Assembly: GCA_964016885.1 (NCBI GenBank)
Contig: OZ024744.1
Span: forward strand, 37,820,001 to 37,884,000
Direction of reading: 5' to 3'
DNA: 64,000 nt
Origin: Eledone cirrhosa
Taxonomy: Eukaryota
Shown: one piece after another, positions 39,501 to 52,777 of the stretch
Numbering within the stretch: the stretch's first letter is position 1
Layout: each line of letters opens with the position of its first letter
Translations under genes and position numbers: made by a program
Notes under the pieces: model-generated
What the model was told of the DNA's origin: nothing
What the model saw: only the letters and a program-made list of their open reading frames with translations
Database searches by the model: none

Positions 39501-41882
39501 CACAGCGCAATGTTGCGAAAACCCGATAACAGCAGGTGAAATACGGGAGGCGATATCTGACTGCGCGAGGGGTAAATCGCCAGGTTTGGATGGTCTGCCC
39601 TACGAGCTTTATGCGTATATGCCCGACTTGTTCGGCGAGCTTGGCAGATGTCTACTGCTACCGGTAGCAGAACGGGAGCATTCCCAGTTTTGTGAGCCGG
39701 GGAGCGGTGGTGCTGCTGAGAAAAGACCCGAACAAGGGGGACGTTATAGACAACTTCAGGCCCATAACTCTGCTAAACGCAGAGTTTAAGATTTTGGCCA
39801 AGGTGTTAGCAAAGAGATTGGCGCTTGACGTCGGTGATCTGGTAGGAGAGGCGCAGACATGCGCCATCCCGGACAGATCCATTCACGACAACCTCCATTT
39901 CATGCGATACATCATATAGAGGGTGGTTAAGGGACATTGCACGGGTGGGGCCCTGATCAACTTGGATCAATCTAAAGCATTTAATAGGGTCGACCATCGG
40001 TACCTGGCTGCGGACCTCGAGGCGGCCGGCTTCGAGCCCGTTTTAGGAGCTGGATCGCTGCGATGCACAGCGACCACTGCTCGATTGTGATGGTGAACGG
40101 TCACCTGTCGCAGCCTTTCAGCATCATGCGCTTGGTCCGCCAGGGCTGCCCCTCTCGTCCCTCTTGTACATACTGGCCCTCGAGCCGTTACTGCACAAAT
40201 TGTAGACGATGAGTGGGTCCCACACGAACTGGGATGTGGGAGATCCGTGTCAGTTTATGCCTACAACGTCAGCATGGTGGTGTCGAGCACCAAACACGTC
40301 CAGATGCTCGGCACCGCTCTCTAGGAATACCAAGCGGTGACAGGAGCAAAGATAAACTAGGAAAAGTCGATGGGCTTGCAACTCGGCACCTGGAGGAGCA
40401 AGTCCATGCCGTCCGACAGCGTCGTGGGGAGCTGGGCGGAAGGACCGGTTAAATTGCTCGGTATCTGGTTCGGACCGGACCTCCAGATGGAGAAAAACTG
40501 GAGCGAGGTGACGATCAGGGTGGCTTCTCTCACCCAGAAATGGGCCGAGAGGAGCTGTCTCTGAAAGGGCGGGCAGGTTGGTAAATGGATACATCGCCTC
40601 CGTCATCTGCTACCGCCTGACCGTCGTACCTAGTCCCCGCCCAACTCTGACCAAAATGGAGCGCCTCCTCTTCCGAATTTTGTGGAAGGGACGTGCTCCC
40701 ATGGTCAGACGATCCATTTGCTGTCAACACCCGGTGCGTGGAGGACTATGCATGCCGTGGCTGATGATGCGCAAAGATGCGCTGAGGCTGCGTCATCTCT
40801 GGGGCTTCCTTGACGGTGAACAGGTGTGGTCACCGTTTGCCAGACGCGTTTCCCCCAGCTCGTCTCGGTGACGGAGCTGCAGTGCTGGATCAGGAAAAGA
40901 CCGAGGGATAGCGCTTGGAAGCTGGAATGTCTCCAAGCGCTCACCGCCCTTTACCAGCTGGACACTAGAATCGGTGGAACATCCATCTCGGCGTTCTAAA
41001 GAGGGCTAGTGGAGAGAAAGAGCTACGATGTTCTCGGGGAGACCCTGGGCGTCGAAGACGATCAGCTGTTCGCTCTCTTCAAGAGAACCTTTAGCCCGGG
41101 GCCTATGGACAAATTCCAGAACACCCTGGCAGTGCTACCGGGGAGCGTTGTCGTTTCGGGATAAACTCTACAGACACGGAGGTGCTGTCAGCCGAGCCAG
41201 TCCGAGATGCGCGCAGGGCGACGAAACCGTCGTGCACGCACTCGTTTAGTGCCCGAGAATTGCTGACCTGTGGAGCTATGTCGAACAGTTGCTGTCGCGT
41301 GTAGGACGGATCCGGTTATCGACTGAGTCCATTGAGCAGATAGCCCGCCATCCTCCTTTAAAGAGGAGGAAGGGCAGGCAGTTTTCTACTTGGTGGCCAT
41401 GGCGAAAGAGATTGTGTGGTGGACAAGGTTGAAAGGGTTGAAGACAGACACTTTCCTCTTCGGCCAATCCCTGATTAACTTTTTCGAGTTTCACTTGAAG
41501 AGGAAAATCAGGATGGAAAGGCAAGTGCTGTCTTCTAGTAAGTTGGTTGAAAGGTGGGTGAAAGTGGCGAGTCTGGTCCGAGTGAACCGTCCCGCTCTTA
41601 ATATGCGCCTGTGGACTGAGGAGTGGAAAACTGTGAGAGGGCGCTTGCTCTGGTGGTCAGGGAGGCCGTGGTCATTTGTGTGGTTTTCGCCACGAGTGAC
41701 CTTCGGAGGTTTCCTCCTTTTGAGGGAAATTTTGTTGTTTGAATTTTCTTGATTTCTATCCCGATTTCTATCTTGTTATAACCCTTTTACACGACCTAAA
41801 CTCAGTTTCTATCGTCCTGTACTGTTCTGTTCCGTCTGTAATGTTTTTCTTCGTGTTAGACTTTGTGGCCAATAAAGAAACC
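33502..41882 (+). mobile_element. Tx1/L1-clade LINE, copy 3 (full-length, pseudogenised, with nested insertion and internal deletion)
   Basis: ORF1 remnants 33936-35230 and 38450-38840. ORF2 remnants 38875-41620 are homologous to copy 1. 5' GG follows a SINE (ATT)n tail. 3' end ctttgtggccaataaagaaacc-att. Confidence 0.92.
35235..38455 (+). mobile_element. 5'-truncated I-group (I/Nimb/Ingi-like) LINE with RNase H, nested in Tx1 copy 3
   Basis: LGSDHLPI (APE end), KAAGPDQI, GLPQGSVLSP and HADD motifs. RNase H motifs TDGS..GGAG and WVPGHCNIKGNELTD. A/CAA-rich tail at 38430-38455. Confidence 0.88.
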
Positions 41883-41902
41883 ATTATTCATATTATTATT
41901 AT

Positions 41903-42110
<208 letters not shown>

Positions 42111-42230
42111 TATCACACTACTATCAAACTAATTATTTAATGCTATTTTTAACTTATTTCCATTTTCTTAAACGAAAATCTCATTACTTAATTTTACCTC
42201 GTAGTGATCAGTTGAATTATACTACTAGAG

Positions 42231-42313
42231 GCCTTCTGATGAAGTGTAATAACTAATTAAGTATTACATATGATTGAACAATATATATAAGACACGGAAA
42301 CATATGTCGAACC
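42231..42313 (+). ncRNA. Hammerhead-like motif with extended, branched stem II and weak stem I
   Basis: CTGATGA A GTGT..(internal hairpin TGTAATA/TATTACA)..ACAC G GAAA CATATG TC GAACC. Confidence 0.5.
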
Positions 42314-42369
42314 AAATAAATTCATAATCTCTTCACGCGAACGTTTCTTTTTTCTTGGTGCAATACTTG

Positions 42370-42492
<123 letters not shown>

Positions 42493-42679
42493 ACGACCAG
42501 TGAGAAAACACAATATATTGTATATATATACAGATCATATATTTCAAAGAAACATATATTCTCTCTATATATATATCTTTTATACCTGAATTATTATGGC
42601 TCTGAACAAATTCTTTTGAGCTGGTATATTAAGACGCACAAAAATCAAACATATTTGTGTTTTGAATCTTCACATTTAT

Positions 42680-43290
42680 GGTGGCTGCCAACTCGTTTTC
42701 GAATACGGCCAGTACTTTATATCCATGTAGGAGAACTCCTACCGATGCGCTGAACGAGTGTGACATTTTAGTCCAGCCAGTGACTTGAAAACTCTGGTAC
42801 AAACACTACACTTGTGACAATTATTGACACATAGTGATGGGCCCATGGTACCATGTGACGACAAGTGCAGAGAGATCTCCAGATATAAAGTAATGCCTGT
42901 GCCGTGAAGCTTTTATAGTGAGCAAAGGCACTGCACAAAGCCAGTCTCACTCTCTTAACCAAGATGATATTTACCAAAAAGAAGAACAAGTCAACATCAT
43001 TGGATACCATCAGGGTTGCAGGTGTTATATCAGAGTTTTCCTTCTTCTAGAATTCTGCCTTGACAAAGGCTAAGGGGTCATCTCTCCCGGTGATTTTGGA
43101 TGGCCATTGACTCTTAAGAGCTCCTTTGCCCTTTGACAGGTTTTGTTTTTAGTCCTACAGGATGTCCAAAGTCACACTCTTCACCAAGAAACCTAGATGG
43201 GGTTGCCAGTTTAGTCGCCAACGACCCGACCATGGGACAGGTTGTACTGGAATACATGTTAACAGTAGCACCAACTGGAGACATGACATA
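42680..43290 (+). repeat. Repeat family X, copy 2 (longest, ends in (CATA)n)
   Basis: Matches 6773-7228 and extends about 150 bp further. Confidence 0.85.
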
Positions 43291-43377
43291 CATACATACA
43301 TAGATACATACGCATATATATATATGTGTGTGTGTCTGTCTATATATATATACATATGCGTGTGTGCGTGAATGTGC

Positions 43378-43712
43378 ATGGCTTAGTAGTTACAGCAAAA
43401 GGGCTTGCAATTGGCAGGTTGTGAGCTTCATTTACGGACCGGGTGATGTGTTGTATCCTTGAGCAAAACACTTTATTTTCCGTTGCTCCACTTTACTCAG
43501 CTGTAGAAATGAGTTACTACGTTACTGGTGCCAAGTTGTATCAGCCAATGCCTTTCAGTTGGACAAAATCTGTGGTCTGGAGAGGAGAGGCTGGTATGCA
43601 TAGGCCACTGATGGTCTTCCAAAAGCAATTTTACCTGGACCTGTGACTCAGAGGTAACTTTCTAGGTACAAATCACCTGGTTTCTTGTGATTGAAGGCGG
43701 TCTTTACCCTTA
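43378..43712 (+). mobile_element. Degenerate tRNA-derived SINE, third family
   Basis: tggcttagtagtta head and tccttgagcaaaacacttta...ctcagctgtagaaatgagt core. Confidence 0.6.
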
Positions 43713-43785
43713 TATATATATACATATATATATATATGTGTGTGTGTGGGGGGGGGGGTGTATATATATATACATATATATATAT

Positions 43786-44183
43786 GACCCCTTAGCCTTT
43801 GTCAAGGCAGAATTCTAGGAGAAGGAAAACTCTGATATAACACCTGCAACCCTGATGGTATCCAATGATGTTGACTTGTTCTTCTTTTTGGTAAATATCA
43901 TCTTGGTTAAGAGAGTGAGACTGGCTTTGTGCAGTGCCTTTGCTCACTATAAAAGCTTCACGGCACAGGCATTGCTTTATATCTGGAGATCTCTCTGCAC
44001 TTGTCCTCACATGGTACCATGGGCCCAGCACTGTGTCAATAATTGTCACAAGTGTAGTGTTTGTACCAGAGTTTTCAAGTTGCTGGCTGGACTAAAAAGT
44101 CACACTCGTTCACCGCATCAGTAGGGGTCCTCCTATATGGATATAAAGTACTGGCCGTACTCGAAAACGAGTTGGCAGCCACC
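43786..44183 (-). repeat. Repeat family X, copy 3 (inverted relative to copy 2)
   Basis: Reverse complement of 42680-43081. Flanked by (TA)n. Confidence 0.9.
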
Positions 44184-44287
44184 ATATATATATATATGTA
44201 AAAGGTAAACAGAAATAACAACACAATCGGTACCGTATATATATGGAAGGAATATATTAGGTTAACGCTTGTAATAGCAGGAAGAGG

Positions 44288-44321
44288 TTCTTAACGTTTC
44301 GGACGCTAGTCATCAGAAGAA
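44288..44321 (-). ncRNA. Minimal hammerhead with a 4-nt deletion in stem II
   Basis: Minus strand: TTCTT CTGATGA CTAGCGTCC GAAA CG TT AAGAA. The inverted copy at 47242 reads CTGATGA AGGAC tagc GTC. Confidence 0.55.
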
Positions 44322-44411
44322 AGAATGAGTAATAAAGTATATTGAAGGGGCGGGCGTATTGGAATTGGAAATAAATGTCTTTAGATAAAAATAACAGGTC
44401 CATTCATGTTG

Positions 44412-44469
<58 letters not shown>

Positions 44470-44515
44470 AGTGACGAAACATAAGTCAATTGCATGAACT
44501 CATAATCCTTCATTT

Positions 44516-44571
44516 ACTGCTATATATATTTCGATGATAGCCATTGAATGGCTATGACCTCATCAGGCAGT
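44516..44571 (-). ncRNA. Minimal type I hammerhead ribozyme, same family as 13308
   Basis: Minus strand: ACTGC CTGATGA GGTCATAGCC attcaat GGCTATCATC GAAA TATATA TA GCAGT. Confidence 0.85.
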
Positions 44572-45500
44572 TAGTCAGTTCTTAGATATGCCAGCTCTGT
44601 GTTTATAGTGTTGATGGTATCAGAGCCTTGGGACATATGAGCTTGTTAGGAATAATTTAATGTTGTCAGCAGGAATAGTCTTAATTCTCATGAGTCAGTT
44701 TGTAGATGCTAGTAGGGTTGGTATTTGACCTCAAAGAGGCAGGTGGTGTTGTAAAGTTCAAACCGTCAGGCAGGATGACAATAGTTCCATGTGACTGATT
44801 TTTACAAAAAACCATTCCTGGTCAGATATATATTCAATTAAGGTTAATAGTATGAAATAGATACTACAGGTCATTCTTAAATTGGGGAATTTATGTGGAG
44901 TGGTGCTACTGAAAATTATGGTTAGAGTAGAAAATTTACAAGTAAAAAGACTTATGTAGGTTGACTTGCACATACACTCACACCCACCTCCACAGACACA
45001 CACACACATCCACACATACAAATTGAGGAATTAATGTGGGGTGGTAATACTTAAAATAATGGTTAGAGTCAAATACTTAGTTTAGAAAATTTAGAAATAA
45101 AAGGCTTATGTTGATTGACTTGTATATACACTCACACCTACACCCTCAGACACACACACATATACACACACAAATCCATACAGGTGTGTATATATATATA
45201 TATATGTACGCACAAGTATATATATATATATATAAAAAATACATATATATACACAAAATATATATATTTAAAATATATATATATATAAAATATATATATA
45301 TACATAAAATATATATATATATATAAAATACATATATATATAAAATATACATACACACATATATATAAAATACATATATATACACATATATATAAAATAC
45401 ATATATATACACATATATATATATATACAATACACATATACACATATATATACATATATATATAAAATACACACATATACACATATAAAATATATATATA

Positions 45501-45531
<31 letters not shown>

Positions 45532-45539
45532 CAAAATCA

Positions 45540-47097
45540 GGTTTAATAAAACGTGGTTTAGATGACTCCTAAATAGTAGAGGATCCGGTGGACCATCCAC
45601 CATAGGGACCACAAACTATAGGTGGTTGTTGTTGTCCATTGGTCATTGGTACGAGGTTTAGGGGACCTAGAGGGGGGGGCGTTGTGGGAGGCCTTAACTG
45701 GGGTTTATCCATATAGCTTGAGGAAAGTTCCCGTCCTTAATTGTCTGTAGGCACCGAATAAGTCGGCCCTTCTGTTTAATCGCTTGGTTCCGCCATGAAG
45801 AATCTCGAGTGTCTCACTAAGACAGAGGTTGCAAATACCAGACCCGGCTCTGTCTGGGGGAACCTTTCTAACCACGGACCAGACGAGAGAGTGCGGGGTT
45901 TTTTCAAGTTTGAGCTTTCAGATCAATTCAGAAAGGGCCATACATTTCCTCTTATCTATTCTGTGAAAGGAATGGCGATGGTTTTACCACCGATCTTTGA
46001 AGCTCGTCGCTGTGGATCCTATGTGCTCCGAGTAAGGGGTTGTGACCTTGCACCTGTAGACTACGTTTTTCGTCATGCATTCATTACTAAGGGGGCATAG
46101 TAATGGGTCTCTGTAATTACATGACTTCTTAAGCCCCACCACAAGTACCGCGTGGTTACCATCACTCGGGGTTGGCTGGGTAGCCTCCGCAATCATCACA
46201 GGGTTGTTGGTTTCCGGTGTGCTAGTTGGGCCTGTCCGGGTTCCGGTGCGTCCCGCGTGCTGGTTCTGTTGGGTGGCTCCGGGGATTACGGTGGTATTAG
46301 AGGCAGTGAGCCTATTCCTATTTAAGCCAGCTATGTGCTGGGCTACGCCGCGTGTGGTTTAGTAGGAAAGTTTCACCGTGTGCCTGTTGAATATTTTATG
46401 GTACTTGTGGGCCCTTGGGAAACATTTATCCAGTACTCTAAAGAATGTTCTAGCCAGGCTGGTACGTAGACCCACTGAGTACGGAGGGTTATACCATGTG
46501 ACCTTCCTGGTCCTATTCTTGAAGGGTTGTTGGGTGTCCGCCGTGGTGCATCGCGTGGTTGTGCACAGCTCAGGTCGAGCTCGGTTGGTGTCACTCAGGT
46601 GAGCGGAGCGGTCACTATCATGAGGGTTATATGGGCCCACCGTGGGACTATAAACCTGCTAGGTGCGGCCTCCCTGCTCAATTGGGGTTCGGCGGGTGGT
46701 GGGGCCGGTGCAGGGGTGCCTATGCTCCGCAACACAGTGGTCTTCAGCGTTGTAAGTATTAGACTGGTAGGGTATGCGGAACCTTCTACCGGGGGTGGTG
46801 ACGGATAGGGGTCTGGGAGTGTTACTACTGGTCACCGAGGTATTAGGTGAGCGACTCATGCCCCTGATGGTATTGTCCCTTAGGGTTATAGCTGATCATA
46901 TCGGTGTGGGACGCCTTAGGTAGCGCTGAGTTATAGTAATCAGCGTTACTATTGAAGATCTCTTTATTGGCCGACAAGTTAGAGATCCTGTCAGAGACAC
47001 TCTTAACTACGGCCTTAACTATCGATCTAGGGTGATTAGACCCAGCGTTGATATACACGAGCTTCTCATTGGGTTTATGATATGGTGGTGTAGCTTG

Positions 47098-47100
<3 letters not shown>
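45540..47100 (-). mobile_element. 5'-truncated Penelope-like element (RT thumb, linker, GIY-YIG)
   Basis: PYHKPNEKLVYINAGSNHP, VTWYNPPYS..KIFNRHTVKLSY and CPLSNECMTKNVVYRC..HIGSTATSFKDRW motifs. Flanked by (TA)n. Confidence 0.88.
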
Positions 47101-47148
<48 letters not shown>

Positions 47149-47152
<4 letters not shown>

Positions 47153-47280
47153 AACATGAATGGACCTGTTATTTTTATCTAAAGACATTTTTTTCTAATT
47201 CCAATACGCCCGCCCCTTCAATATACCTTATTACTCATTCTTTCTTCTGATGAAGGACTAGCGTCTTTCTTCTGAAGAAG

Positions 47281-47285
<5 letters not shown>
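47149..47285 (+). repeat. Inverted copy of 44303-44413 ending in a duplicated hammerhead 5' half
   Basis: tttcttctgatgaaggactagcgtc followed by tttcttctgaagaaggacta. Confidence 0.8.
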
Positions 47286-47361
<76 letters not shown>

Positions 47362-47837
47362 GGAGAAATTGATAAAGAAATATGGAGGATGATTCGAACA
47401 CAGTAGTGGTCTGGTACTTTATTTATCGACTTTGAAAAGAAATTGAATGAGAAAACTGGCCTCCGCGCGCAGGGATTGGAACAAATTGTGAAATATTTCA
47501 TTTAACACTATAACGACACGGCTAATTCGTCATCTTCGATTGTATACATACTTTCGTGAAGCAAGCATGCTTATTTTATACTACTTAATTCTAAAATTCC
47601 AAGCCGTTGTTAAATTTACCTCTAGGATAATGATGGCTGGAGAGATTCTCATTCATTGGACTCAACGAAAGGATTAATAAATTATTACTAAAGTGTAATC
47701 TTGTTATATCTAGCCGAGTATATTCATTCCGTTATTAACCTATTAAATCAAGTTTAAACGTTTAGATTTAAATATGATTATAACATGGTTTCTAAAATAT
47801 AGTAAATAAATAGATACACAACAGACACACACACACA

Positions 47838-47934
<97 letters not shown>

Positions 47935-47950
47935 GCACGTATATATATAT

Positions 47951-48036
47951 ATAGGAACGAATAAGACCCCGACGGCTGAGCTCAAGCCGTTTCGAAACGG
48001 CTTGAGCTCAGCCGTCGAGGTCTTACTCGTTCCTAT
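47951..48036. repeat. 86-bp near-perfect palindrome centred on TTCGAA
   Basis: ataggaacgaataagaccccgacggctgagctcaagccgttt followed by its reverse complement. One arm is repeated at about 48314-48357. Confidence 0.9.
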
Positions 48037-48233
48037 TACCCACTCTACTACCCTAAGTATTGAGTATATTTAAATCTAAACTTGATATATATGAGTAAGT
48101 ATGTTTTAAAACTGATAGCAGGTTTGAAATTAGAAAATAGAATAGCTTACACCGTATTTTTGACTAAAGAAATTTTAGCCTGATAATGGGGTTTAGAACC
48201 CTCAAATAAATGGAAAAAGATGAGTATTTTCTA

Positions 48234-48318
<85 letters not shown>

Positions 48319-48429
48319 AACCAGTAAGACCCCGACGGCTGAGCTCAAGCCGTTTCGACGGCTAATTCTGGACGTATTGAGTACTTTGGTGCGTTATGGT
48401 CCACCTGGTTCCTTACCACATTTCCTTCG

Positions 48430-48440
48430 TTATATATATT

Positions 48441-48473
<33 letters not shown>

Positions 48474-48485
48474 GGATATTTATAA

Positions 48486-48527
<42 letters not shown>

Positions 48528-48543
48528 GTATATATATATATAG

Positions 48544-48605
<62 letters not shown>

Positions 48606-48673
48606 GTATATATATATATATGTTTATATATATATATATATATATATACATATGTATATATATATATATATAT

Positions 48674-48709
<36 letters not shown>

Positions 48710-48759
48710 GTATATATATATATATATATACATATGTATATATATATATATATATATAC

Positions 48760-48823
<64 letters not shown>

Positions 48824-48910
48824 GTATATATGTAACTATATAAATATATATATGTATATATATATATATGTGTGTATATATATATATGTGTGTGTATATA
48901 TATATATATG

Positions 48911-48945
<35 letters not shown>

Positions 48946-48986
48946 ATGTATATATATGTATACTTATATATATATATGTATATGTA

Positions 48987-49032
<46 letters not shown>

Positions 49033-49060
49033 TATATATATATATAAGTATATATATATA
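48430..49060. repeat. (TA)n-derived microsatellite
   Basis: Seen directly. Confidence 0.97.
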
Positions 49061-49158
49061 CATCCTTTCTCTGGCCCAGCAGTCCAATCATCACCACTGC
49101 CAACATCTCCATCTCTGCCTACTACTACTACTACTACTACAACATTTTTGTCTACTGC

Positions 49159-49765
49159 TATGTCAAGGAATTTACCTTCTAATACCAGAACAAGAACTCT
49201 CCCTCCCACAGTCCACAAAGGTCGTCAAATCCTACCCAAACCATCATCTACACCTCTCACAACACACACACCCACATACCCACCCACTCGAAACCCCATC
49301 ATTTGCCGCTACTCTCTACGCTATAGAATATGTACGGATAGTGGCTGCAAAATCACCCATTTACCTAGGACAAAACGATCTATCCCCACAAACAGCCACC
49401 ACCATAATACATACTCTAATTTAACACCAACACAACCACCAATAACTCAAACAAGGAATCCACAAATCTGCCGTTTTTCCCTGCGAGACAGATTGTGTTT
49501 AGACCGGGATTGTCCCTTTACCCATCTCCCGGGGACCCGTCGGACAAATGAAAATAAAATTAAAAATAAAAGCAAAAACAAAAACCATAACCTACATAAA
49601 AATAACCACTACCACAGTCACCAACAGTCTTCTAAACAGGAAACTTCTTCCTCTTTTTTAGCCATAATGAATCTGGCAAAAGAACTGGAAAAAAACATTC
49701 GAGCTATCACCCAGCACCACCCTCCACTATCACCCCACTGCACAAACTCCCATTGCTGCCATTAA
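49159..49765 (+). CDS. CR1-like ORF1 (probably 5'-truncated) with two CCCH zinc fingers
   Basis: [19 protein letters not shown] and [19 protein letters not shown] (C-x8-C-x4-C-x3-H). Confidence 0.65.
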
Positions 49766-52700
49766 CAAACAAACAAATTAACAACACACCAAAACAATTA
49801 AAACCATCCACTCTCGCCTCTACATTTTTGCTTAACGCCCAAGGCATCAGCCCTTCCACCAATACTCAAAAATGGAAGATCAAATTCCTGGAGGACTGGA
49901 TTGATGTCCATCCAAACCACATCCCTTTCTTCGTCCTCACTGAAACCCATCTCAGTAACCTCCACTTGGAAGCCGAGGTGAAAGTGAAAAATTTCGAGCC
50001 ATCCGTGCTGATCGCGCTGGCAGAAGAAAGGGCGGAACTGCCATTTATGTCCATAATTCTTTCTCAACAGAGGCTATGAACATATTCACTAATGGATACT
50101 GTGAAGCAGTCACTGTATTCAGTCAAACCAACAACCCATTAGTAGTTGGGCTCTATAGGCCACCACAAACGCCTGTACCATGCTTCAAGGAATGCCTCAA
50201 CAGCATAAAGTGTTTCATCCAAGAGTGTCACCCTGACAACATCTTAATGATGGGGGACTTCAACCTCCCCGGAGTTGACTGGTCCACAAACAGCCTGCCA
50301 CCAGGTTCTTCTGCCTCAACCTCTGACAGGGAAGCTGTGGAATCGCTTCTTGACTTCATGGATGATTTCTTCCTATCCCAACTGGTGCTCGAACCAACGA
50401 GGTGCCACAAAAACGTCCTAGACTTAATTTTCAGCAATCACACTGACAATATCCACAATATTGCAGTGGAGAAAACTCTACTCTCTGATCATGACATGGT
50501 TCTCTGAGATCTGAGATTCCACCGTCCAATATACAAACCCAATGTCATCTCTCCTGTTCATCCGTTTGACGCTATGGATTTCCACAATGCAAACTGGGAA
50601 GCGATCAGTCATGATCTTGCACATGTCGACTGGTCCTTCACGCACACTCATACACCCACTAACATCAAAAAGTCCTGGCAGACATTTGTGGACACTGTTA
50701 CAAACATATGTGCTAAACACACCCCATTAAGAACTATAAACAAATCTAAGAGCAGAATCCCTAGAAATAGAAAAACGCTCATCAGAAAAATTAAGAGAAC
50801 GAACAAAAAAATCAACAAGCTGAAATACTGTCAGCAGCAACACATCAACTTGACTGCCATTTCATCACTAGAGATTAAAAAACATAACCTCCAAAACAAC
50901 ATAATGTCCCTCATCAACAATCAGAGAAGAGCTGAAGAGGCCTGGGCCATTGAGAAGATCAAACTCAATCCCAAAGTGTTCTTTTCATTTGCAAAAAACC
51001 ACAAAATCACTGGCTCTACTGTTGGCCCTCTAATCTAATTGATGAAAATGGCACTCTTCAAGACAATGCTAAAACCATGGGTGAGATACTGCAGAAACAA
51101 TACTGCTCTGTTTTCAGCAATCCTGATATGGCCGATCTGGGCTGTATCGGCGATGTTACTCCCCATTACACCTTATCGGACATAACGTTTGGCGCCCCTG
51201 ATGTCTTGGCGGCAATAAAGGAAATCAAGCATAATTCAGCAGTAGGTCCCGATAGGTTCCCTGCTTGTGTCTTGAAGGCGTGTCAACACCAACTTGCATC
51301 TCCTCTTGCCAATCTGTGGCGGAACTCATTGGATGCTGGATATGTGCCAGAAAACCTTCTATCCCAGTCTGTTGTTCCAGTTTTCAAAAAGGGAAACAAA
51401 TCCCTTGCCGTGAATTACCGTCCAATCTCACTCACCTCTCATATCATTAAGGTATTTGAGCGAGTGGTGAGATCGCGAATGACCCACTTCCTTGAGAGTA
51501 ACAATATGCTGAACTCCAACCAGCATGGATTCCGTAATGGAAGGGATTGCCTGACGCAGCTACTGCATCACTTTGATGACATTTTGAGAGCCTTGGGAGA
51601 GGGTTCCAACACTGATGTTATCTACCTTGATTTCAGCAAGGCCTTTGACAGGGTTGATCATAACATTCTACTGAGAAAGCTGTCCAATATTGGTGTCACT
51701 GAAAAGCTGCTGCAGTGGATCAAGAGCTTCCTGTCAAACAGAACCCAACATGTTGTAGTTGAGGGAGTCAAATCAAGCCCAGCCAAAGTCAGTAGTGGGG
51801 TCCCACAAGGCACTGTGTTGGGCCCACTTCTCTTCATCATCTATATTAATGACATCACTGACATCATCAAACACAGCAACATTAAAATTTTCGCTGATGA
51901 TTCCAAGCTCCAAAAGGTCATCAATGGCGTGGATGACCGGATAAGCCTTCAGTCAGACCTACTGGCTGTTACCCAATGGGCAGAAAAGAACAACATGTTA
52001 CTGAACGAAGACAAATTCGAACTGATCCACTTTGGAAAAGAGGATGCTCTGAAACTCCCGTACTCCCTTCCCTCCGGGGAAACTCTCGTGGCATCTAACA
52101 ACATCAGAGACTTGGGAGTAACCGTGGACAGCAACATAAGCTGGACAACGCATATAAGCAGCAAAGTTGACATGGCCCGCAGAATGTGTTCCTGGATCCT
52201 CAGAACCTTCCAGTCGAGAGATTCCCGCACCATTATCCTTCTCTTCTCTACTTTCGCCCGACCACACCTTGAATACTGTTGTCCACTGTGGTCTCCCCAC
52301 ACGAAACAAAGTATCATGAAACTTGAAGCTCCTCAAAGGGCAATCACGAAAAAGATAGATGGCATGTCAGACCTTGACTACTGGGGTCGATTAGAAAACC
52401 TGAAACTTTACTCACTCCAACGTCGCCGTGAGCGTTATATTATCTGCATGATGTGGAAAATGTTACATCATCACTGCCCAAATGATGTTGGCATCGCCTT
52501 CAAGATACACCCAAGGCTTGGGCCCCGTGCTATCCGTCCCATTCAAAAGTCTAAATCGCAACTCATAACAACAATACGGCACAATTATTTCACCTCAATC
52601 GGCCCTGCTCTCTTCAACATCACACCAGGACACGTCAAAACAGAAACTGACCACACAAAATTCAAGAAGTCTTTGGACAAATTCCTCCAAGTAATCCCGG

Positions 52701-52777
52701 ACAAACCACCCACACCCGGATATGTCTCCGCAAACAGTAATTCTCTTCTCGAATGGGCCATGGTGCCCAAATCCTGA
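49753..52777 (+). pseudogene. CR1-like ORF2; endonuclease region frameshifted (near 50000, 50505 and 51035), RT and C-terminus 51077-52777 open
   Basis: ORF-track pieces 49753, 50076, 50574 and 51077 form one continuous EN-RT. Confidence 0.88.
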
